Made by a program: the position numbers and the translations under genes. Under the pieces are notes generated by a model. That model was not told the origin of the DNA, did no database searches, and saw only the letters and a program-made list of their open reading frames with translations. Shown here one piece after another: positions 58,532 to 64,000 of a stretch of DNA of 64,000 bases (its first letter is position 1; the number at the start of each line of letters is the position of its first letter). The stretch covers positions 4,241-68,240 of the forward strand of contig CAJOJO010000009.1 in NCBI GenBank assembly GCA_905235045.1, read 5' to 3'. Source of the DNA: an uncultured Bacilli bacterium (lineage in GTDB: Bacteria > Bacillota_I > Bacilli_A > RF39 > UBA660).

Positions 58532-59869
58532 TTAATCCTCTTTTAAATAACCTTCAAATTTACTTATATCTCTTTTAAAGATTAAATCGATTGTCGCAGT
58601 TGGACCACTACGATGCTTAGCAATTATAAATTCACTTTTACTTGTATACTCATCTATATCTACTTTTTTTGTATAATAATCTTCACGATATAAGAAAGCA
58701 ACAATATCAGCATCTTGTTCAATAGAACCAGATTCTCTTAAATCACTCAAAATTGGACGTTTGTCTTCTCTTTGTTCTACACTACGTGATAATTGCGCTA
58801 AAGCAATAACTGGAACTTCTAATTCCATAGCTAAAGTTTTTAAGGAACGAGAAATTTCGGATATTTCTTGTTGTCTATTACCTGCATATTTAGCGGAACC
58901 ATTAATTAATTGCAAATAATCGATAATAATTGCTCCCAAATCATTAGTACTAGAAGCTAAACGACGACATTTTGCTCTAATCTCAGCAACTGTCATACCA
59001 GGAGTATCATCAATATAAATTTTTGTATTTCCTAATCTTTCAACTGCTTCATCCATTTTTTTCCAATCATTTTTTTGAAGAGTACCATTTCTTAAACGAT
59101 TTTGTGGGATTTGTCCTTCTGATGCTATCATACGGGTAATTAATTGTTCAGCACCCATTTCCATATTAAATACAGCTACTGTTTTATTATTACGAATAGC
59201 AATATTAGTAGCTAAATTTAAAGCAAATGAAGTTTTACCCATTGCTGGACGAGCCGCAATAATAATTAATTCATTAGGATGTAAACCCGATGTTTTATTA
59301 TCTATTTCATCAAAACCAGTAGATAAACCAGTTATTTCACCACCTGACATTGACAATTTTTCAATATCACTTTGTGCTTTTGTTAAAACATCTTGAATTT
59401 TACGAAATTCAGTTCCTCGTCTTGTTTTAACAACATTAAGCATTTTCTTTTCAGCATTATCTAATAATTCATTTAATGTCTCAGAAGAAGAATAACCATC
59501 TTTTTCTATTTCTAATGATGTTTCAATTAAACGACGACGAATAGCTTTTTCTAAAACTATTTTTATATATTCATCAATATTAGCAGGAGAAGCAACACTA
59601 CTAATTATTTCTCCTAAATACTCCATACCACCTATTTGTTTAAGTAAGTCTCTTTTTTCTAATTCGGCTGTAACAGTAGTGATATCAATAGGTCTATTTT
59701 GATCTTTTAAATCACATAAAACTTCAAATATTTTTGCATGACTATCTAAATAGAATAAACTTTTATCTAATTCTTCCATTGCTTTTTCAATTGCGTATTT
59801 AGATAAAAACATCGATCCTAATACTGATTGCTCTGCTTCAATACTATGTGGCATCATTTTATCTTGCAT
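58532..59869 (-). CDS. dnaB: Replicative DNA helicase DnaB (DnaC in Bacillus nomenclature)
   Basis: PHSIEAEQSVLGSM ... GLSTGFDEID ... AARPAMGKTSFALN ... RecA-fold motifs. Located downstream of rplI as in most Firmicutes. Confidence 0.9.
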   Translation of the reverse strand: MQDKMMPHSIEAEQSVLGSMFLSKYAIEKAMEELDKSLFYLDSHAKIFEVLCDLKDQNRPIDITTVTAELEKRDLLKQIGGMEYLGEIISSVASPANIDEYIKIVLEKAIRRRLIETSLEIEKDGYSSSETLNELLDNAEKKMLNVVKTRRGTEFRKIQDVLTKAQSDIEKLSMSGGEITGLSTGFDEIDNKTSGLHPNELIIIAARPAMGKTSFALNLATNIAIRNNKTVAVFNMEMGAEQLITRMIASEGQIPQNRLRNGTLQKNDWKKMDEAVERLGNTKIYIDDTPGMTVAEIRAKCRRLASSTNDLGAIIIDYLQLINGSAKYAGNRQQEISEISRSLKTLAMELEVPVIALAQLSRSVEQREDKRPILSDLRESGSIEQDADIVAFLYREDYYTKKVDIDEYTSKSEFIIAKHRSGPTATIDLIFKRDISKFEGYLKED

Positions 59870-59873
59870 ACTA

Positions 59874-60317
59874 TCACTCCTTTACAACATTAATTTTTAT
59901 TATCGCTACAACCTTTTTATGAAGATGAATTTCTACATCATGTGTTCCCAAAGAAACAATATCATGATCCAATTTTATAGCTGTTCTATCAATACTATAT
60001 CCTAAAGCATTGATAGCTTCTTTGATTTGTTTAGTTGATATTTTACCAAACATGGTATCATTTTGTCCGGTTTTAACTTTAAAAATAATTTTTTCGTTTT
60101 CTAATTTTTGCTTTAATTTTTCCATTTCGCTAATTAAAACATTTTCTTTTTCAGTTTCCTTTTTAATTTGTCCTTTTACATATCCTAAGTTGTTATCGGT
60201 AGCAGGTAAAGCATATCCATTTTTAATGAGGAAATTTTTTGCAAAACCATCTTTTACTTCTTTTATTTCATTCTTTTTGCCTTGCCCTTTAACATCTTTT
60301 ATAAAAATTACTTTCAT
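59874..60317 (-). CDS. rplI: 50S ribosomal protein L9
   Basis: [40 protein letters not shown]. Start taken at the internal Met matching the L9 N-terminus (ORF track starts 3 codons earlier). Confidence 0.85.
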   Translation of the reverse strand: MKVIFIKDVKGQGKKNEIKEVKDGFAKNFLIKNGYALPATDNNLGYVKGQIKKETEKENVLISEMEKLKQKLENEKIIFKVKTGQNDTMFGKISTKQIKEAINALGYSIDRTAIKLDHDIVSLGTHDVEIHLHKKVVAIIKINVVKE

Positions 60318-60391
60318 AAAATTCACCTCAAACCATGTAATAATATTATACTATAATTTTATGATAAAGTCTTTATATTTAAGAAAAAAAA

Positions 60392-61297
60392 CTAATCTTT
60401 AATACGATTAGCTAACTCTTTTATTTTTTTAAAGCGATGATAAATTCCCGATTTAGTAATTTTTTTACCAGTTTCTAAGGAAATTATTTCACTTAATTCC
60501 AATAATGAAACTTCTGGATACTTTAAACGATAAACTGCTACTTCTCTAGTTTTATCATCTAATAATTCTAATCCGCCAATACTTTCTATTTTATGTATCT
60601 CTCTTATTTGTTTACTAGCTGTCTCGATTATTTTATCAACATTAGCTTGCTCACAATTATTTAAGCGGTTAGTCATATTTTTATGATCACGATATATTCT
60701 TATATCTTCATAGTAAAATAAGGCGTTTGTTGCTTGCATCAAAATAAGAAAGTCACTTATTTTTTCAGCTTCTTTTATATAAACCATATATTTATTATCT
60801 CTTTGAATAAATTTACTATTTAATCTAAATTTATTAAGTAAATTTGAAATAAATTCTGCATATTCCTTATTACTAACAATAAATTCTAGATGGTATCGTG
60901 ATGTTTTAGGATCATTAATACTTCCAACGCTTAAAAATACACCACGTAAATATGAACGCGCTAAATCCTCATCATCATACAAATATTCTTTAGGAATATT
61001 ATTATTTAATTCTAAATCAGATAAAATAAAATCAACTTTTGTATTTATTTCTAATAAATAAATTAAATTTTTATTAAAATTATAACCTTTACGTACAGTT
61101 ACTTTAATAGGTATATGATACATATCTTTTAGTAAACTAAATATACGTCGTGATACACTAGCATTTTCACTCGTAATGGTTATTTTATCATTAATGTTAC
61201 CAATATTTTTAATAATAGCTGATAATTCGGATATTTTTTCAACATCGATTATATCAAGTTTACTTATTTCGTTTTTAACTGTACTTGTGAATGACAT
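60392..61297 (-). CDS. whiA: Sporulation/cell-division transcription regulator WhiA
   Basis: LAGLIDT-like N-terminal domains (LRGVFLSVGSINDPKTSRYHLEF). C-terminal HTH (KSGIYHRFKKIKE). Confidence 0.8.
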   Translation of the reverse strand: MSFTSTVKNEISKLDIIDVEKISELSAIIKNIGNINDKITITSENASVSRRIFSLLKDMYHIPIKVTVRKGYNFNKNLIYLLEINTKVDFILSDLELNNNIPKEYLYDDEDLARSYLRGVFLSVGSINDPKTSRYHLEFIVSNKEYAEFISNLLNKFRLNSKFIQRDNKYMVYIKEAEKISDFLILMQATNALFYYEDIRIYRDHKNMTNRLNNCEQANVDKIIETASKQIREIHKIESIGGLELLDDKTREVAVYRLKYPEVSLLELSEIISLETGKKITKSGIYHRFKKIKELANRIKD

Positions 61298-61304
61298 ATT
61301 ATCA

Positions 61305-61955
61305 CTACCATTCTATTTCTTTAAGGTTATTATCCTTTAAAAATTTATTTGTTTTAGAAAATGGTTTACTTCCAAAGAATCCTCTTGAAGCAGATAAAGG
61401 ACTTGGATGAACATTCTCAATTATAAGATGTTTTTTATTTTTTATTAAGCTTTTTTTACTACGAGCATAACTACCCCAAAGAATAAAAACTAAAGGGTCT
61501 TCTCTTTCACCTAATAATTCTATAACACGATCAGTAAAGATTTCCCATCCTTTATCCTTATGTGATAAAGGTTTATCTTTAACAACTGTCATGATTGAGT
61601 TTAATAATAAAACTCCTTGTTTTGCCCAAGGTGTTAAATCTGTAGATGTTTTTTTTATTCCTAAATCACTTTCTAATTCTTTAAAAATATTACGTAAAGA
61701 AGGAGGCATTGGAACTCCTTCTTGAACAGAAAAAGATAATCCATGAGCTTCATTTATACCATGGTAAGGATCTTGTCCTAAAATTACAACTTTCACTTCA
61801 TTATAATCAGTATAACGGAAACAATTAAAAATATCTTTATATTTTGGATAAATAGTCTTTTTTTTATATTCATCTTTAACAAATATGCCTAGTTTTTTAA
61901 AATAATCTTTTTTGAATTCACTTTCTAAAACTTGATCCCACTTTTTATTTATCAT
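61305..61955 (-). CDS. ung: Uracil-DNA glycosylase (family 1)
   Basis: VVILGQDPYHG ... AHGLSFSV ... LLLNSIMTV ... HPSPLSA motifs. Confidence 0.85.
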   Translation of the reverse strand: MINKKWDQVLESEFKKDYFKKLGIFVKDEYKKKTIYPKYKDIFNCFRYTDYNEVKVVILGQDPYHGINEAHGLSFSVQEGVPMPPSLRNIFKELESDLGIKKTSTDLTPWAKQGVLLLNSIMTVVKDKPLSHKDKGWEIFTDRVIELLGEREDPLVFILWGSYARSKKSLIKNKKHLIIENVHPSPLSASRGFFGSKPFSKTNKFLKDNNLKEIEW

Positions 61956-62475
61956 TTGTTTTACTTTCTATATAGTTAAAGAATTCATTTGATGTTTCAC
62001 ATTTATCAATTAATTTCATTAAATCATTAACATTATTTAAATCATATTTTTTTTCTTGATCTAAACGATCTAGTATTTTATTATATGAAAATGGTTTTTT
62101 AGTTTTTTCTTTAACTACTTCTTTTTGTTCATTTTTTTCATAATCGTTTTTATGATATACTTTAATTTTTTTTGTACATGTTTTATTTAAATTAGTTTTA
62201 GAAAATGAAGTAAAACGATTCTTAAAAACTGGTTGTTCTAAAGTTTTTTCTTCTTTCGTTTCTTCTTTAACTATAGATTCTTCATCAACATTTTCACTTT
62301 CTTCTTCAGTTGAATCCAAAGGAGTTTCTTCAATTTCCTCATTTTCATCTTCTTTTTCAACTAATTCTTCATCATCAAAAACAAGTTCATCCATATTATT
62401 AAAGTAATCATTAACAAATTCATCGTTAGCAGACTCAATATCTTCTAACATTTCACCAAATTCTTTTTCTAACAT
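61945..62475 (-). CDS. Acidic hypothetical protein (176 aa)
   Basis: Glu/Asp-rich low-complexity ORF between rsmA and ung. Confidence 0.3.
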   Translation of the reverse strand: MLEKEFGEMLEDIESANDEFVNDYFNNMDELVFDDEELVEKEDENEEIEETPLDSTEEESENVDEESIVKEETKEEKTLEQPVFKNRFTSFSKTNLNKTCTKKIKVYHKNDYEKNEQKEVVKEKTKKPFSYNKILDRLDQEKKYDLNNVNDLMKLIDKCETSNEFFNYIESKTNDK

Positions 62476-63320
62476 ATAGTACCTCCTAGTGCATTAGCTA
62501 TATCAATAAATATATCTAATGATAATTGTTCAGCGCGAACGCTTAAATCAAATCCAACCTTTTTTAATTCTTTTTCTATTATATCTAAATTATATGCTTT
62601 CAAATTATTTCTTAACGTTTTTCTTTTTTGCATAAAACTATCTTTTATTATATTAAATAGTAATTGTTCATCATTTACTTTTTTTACTTGTTTATTTTTT
62701 GTAAATTCTAAAACAATACTATCAACCCTAGGTTTTGGCATAAAAACATTTTTACTAACGTCTAAAAGCTTTCTTACCACAAAATAATAGTTTAAAAAAA
62801 CAGTTAATGAACCATACTCTTTATTTCCTGGAGTAGCTTTAATACGATCACCTACTTCTTTTTGCACCATAATTACAATTTTATCCAAAGGTAATTTATC
62901 TTCAATTAATTTCATAATGATTGGTGTCGTAATATAGTATGGAAGATTTGCAACAACATATAATTTTTTATAATCATATTTTTTTATATCATTTAGTACA
63001 TTTGCTTTTAAAAAATCACCATAAATAATATCAACATTATTATGATTATTTAAATTTTCTTTTAAAACATCCTTTAAAGTTTCATCCACTTCATAACATA
63101 GAACATTTTTTGCATAATCAGCTAAAACTGACGTTAGTGAACCTGCACCTGGTCCAATTTCAATAACTAAAGTATCTTTATCAATATTAGCCTTTGTAAC
63201 AATACTTTTAATAATATTTTCATCAACAATGAAATTTTGACCAAATTTTTTCTTAAAAGTAAATTGTTTGTCATTTAATAATTCTTGCATCTTTTTAGGA
63301 GAATGATTCATAATATCCAC
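62469..63320 (-). CDS. rsmA: 16S rRNA (adenine1518/1519-N6)-dimethyltransferase RsmA/KsgA
   Basis: KKKFGQNFIVDENII ... VIEIGPGAGSLT ... ANLPYYITTPII motifs. Confidence 0.85.
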   Translation of the reverse strand: MDIMNHSPKKMQELLNDKQFTFKKKFGQNFIVDENIIKSIVTKANIDKDTLVIEIGPGAGSLTSVLADYAKNVLCYEVDETLKDVLKENLNNHNNVDIIYGDFLKANVLNDIKKYDYKKLYVVANLPYYITTPIIMKLIEDKLPLDKIVIMVQKEVGDRIKATPGNKEYGSLTVFLNYYFVVRKLLDVSKNVFMPKPRVDSIVLEFTKNKQVKKVNDEQLLFNIIKDSFMQKRKTLRNNLKAYNLDIIEKELKKVGFDLSVRAEQLSLDIFIDIANALGGTIC

Positions 63321-63379
63321 CTATTTAATTATACTAAAATAATCTATATAAAACAAGTTTAAACTTACAAAAAAGATGG

Positions 63380-64000
63380 TTACCATCCCCATCTTTTTAC
63401 GTTAAACTTAATATTTGTACCAGTTAAGCCATCAACCCCAAAAACAGTCTTATCTTTTTGGGATGCATAAGCTAAATCCATCCAAACAACCCCTTCATTC
63501 CATTTATTTGCCATTGTTGCTCCTGTATCTAAAACAACCGCCATAAAAGGATCTTTTCCAGGTTTTGTAATTTCAATTATTGTTCCACAAGGGAATTTCT
63601 TTAAAGCAGCTGCGACAATTCTAACCTTGCCATATTGACTATCTTCATAGTAAATACCGTCGTTTACTAAATTATGTTTACCACCATTAGCAGTACGACA
63701 AGCTAAACCACCTGTTCCACTACATCCAGTACAGTCTGGCCCATATCCTGATAATCTACCAGTATAAATTCCTACTGCCCCTGTACCTTTTTCAATAACT
63801 TTATCAACTTTTTCTTGAATTACTTCTTCATTACCAGCACTAACATATTTAACACCTTCTTTACCTTCAACTAAGGTATTAGTAACTCCACTTGGAAGTT
63901 TACTATTATATTGAACAGTTGTCTTATATGGTGTGATAACACTTTCAACTTTAATATCTTTTGTTATATTTTTATTATTAACACTTATTTCTCTTTCAAC
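63380..64000 (-). CDS. 3D-domain (YabE/RlpA-like) cell-wall protein, C-terminal part (gene continues past window end)
   Basis: Reverse translation ends ...PFMAVVLDTGA ... VDGLTGTNIKFNVKRWGW*. Double-psi beta-barrel 3D-domain pattern with the conserved D-x-G-A. Gene order yabE-like then rsmA as in Bacillus. Stop overlaps a hairpin terminator at 63371-63397 (aaaagatgg / ccatctttt). Confidence 0.45.
   Translation of the reverse strand, partial: VEREISVNNKNITKDIKVESVITPYKTTVQYNSKLPSGVTNTLVEGKEGVKYVSAGNEEVIQEKVDKVIEKGTGAVGIYTGRLSGYGPDCTGCSGTGGLACRTANGGKHNLVNDGIYYEDSQYGKVRIVAAALKKFPCGTIIEITKPGKDPFMAVVLDTGATMANKWNEGVVWMDLAYASQKDKTVFGVDGLTGTNIKFNVKRWGW

Noticed and set aside
60010-60402. 130-aa plus-strand ORF antisense to rplI/whiA intergenic region
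   Set aside because: Overlaps the conserved rplI gene. Phe/Ser/Leu-rich low-complexity translation.

Overview
This is a very AT-rich, low-GC Firmicutes chromosomal segment from an endospore former. Mollicutes-like traits (a CIRCE box on an N-domainless clpB, a miniaturised AddAB) suggest Erysipelotrichia or a related clostridial lineage. Most of the window is core chromosome. At 0.8–16 kb there is a cell-wall hydrolase cluster (GH73-like glucosaminidase, Amidase_3 with 4 LysM repeats, CwlJ-like), then addB-addA, clpB with a CIRCE operator, mscL. Around tRNA-His lie a CotJB/CotJC pair and typA. At 37–64 kb: a TagO-like transferase, mbl, spoIIID, spoIIQ-like, spoIID, rpiB, a FemAB protein, a MOP flippase, rpmE, murA, fba, spoIIR, rlmH, an MBL hydrolase, an M23 peptidase, dnaB, rplI, whiA, ung, rsmA and a partial yabE-like gene. 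Two tRNAs sit on the minus strand: Trp(CCA) at 660–735 and His(GTG) at 32194–32270. The accessory part is a roughly 14.4-kb island at 17.76–32.20 kb. It is bounded by a 37-bp direct repeat, made of a terminator hairpin plus the last 7 nt of tRNA-His. The island carries an ArpU/sigma-70 region-4-like regulator, a phage tail-collar fibre protein, and a roughly 2070-aa RHS/YD-repeat polymorphic toxin split by a frameshift, with a C-terminal toxin domain. It also carries a polytopic immunity candidate, a TcdE-type holin, an M23 endolysin-like peptidase, and a distal GHKL-ATPase/Fic-like/Cys-rich module. It has no integrase. This looks like a phage-lysis-module-derived candidate holin-dependent toxin release locus, and it is my best candidate for the 'undescribed system'. 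Other notable items: a 1171-aa type-IV-pilin-headed protein with three ALK-like glycine-rich modules, plus a 576-aa paralog. A 13-bp tandem duplication disrupts murA. Two DUF1016/YhcG-like nuclease paralogs (one frameshifted, interrupting the spoIIQ–spoIIID synteny) share an identical 18-nt translation-initiation region with two other genes. There is a frameshifted DinD/Bro-like gene, and a partial serine recombinase at the window start next to tRNA-Trp. Four separate frameshift-type disruptions in 64 kb mean either gene decay or indel sequencing errors. I could not distinguish these without reads.
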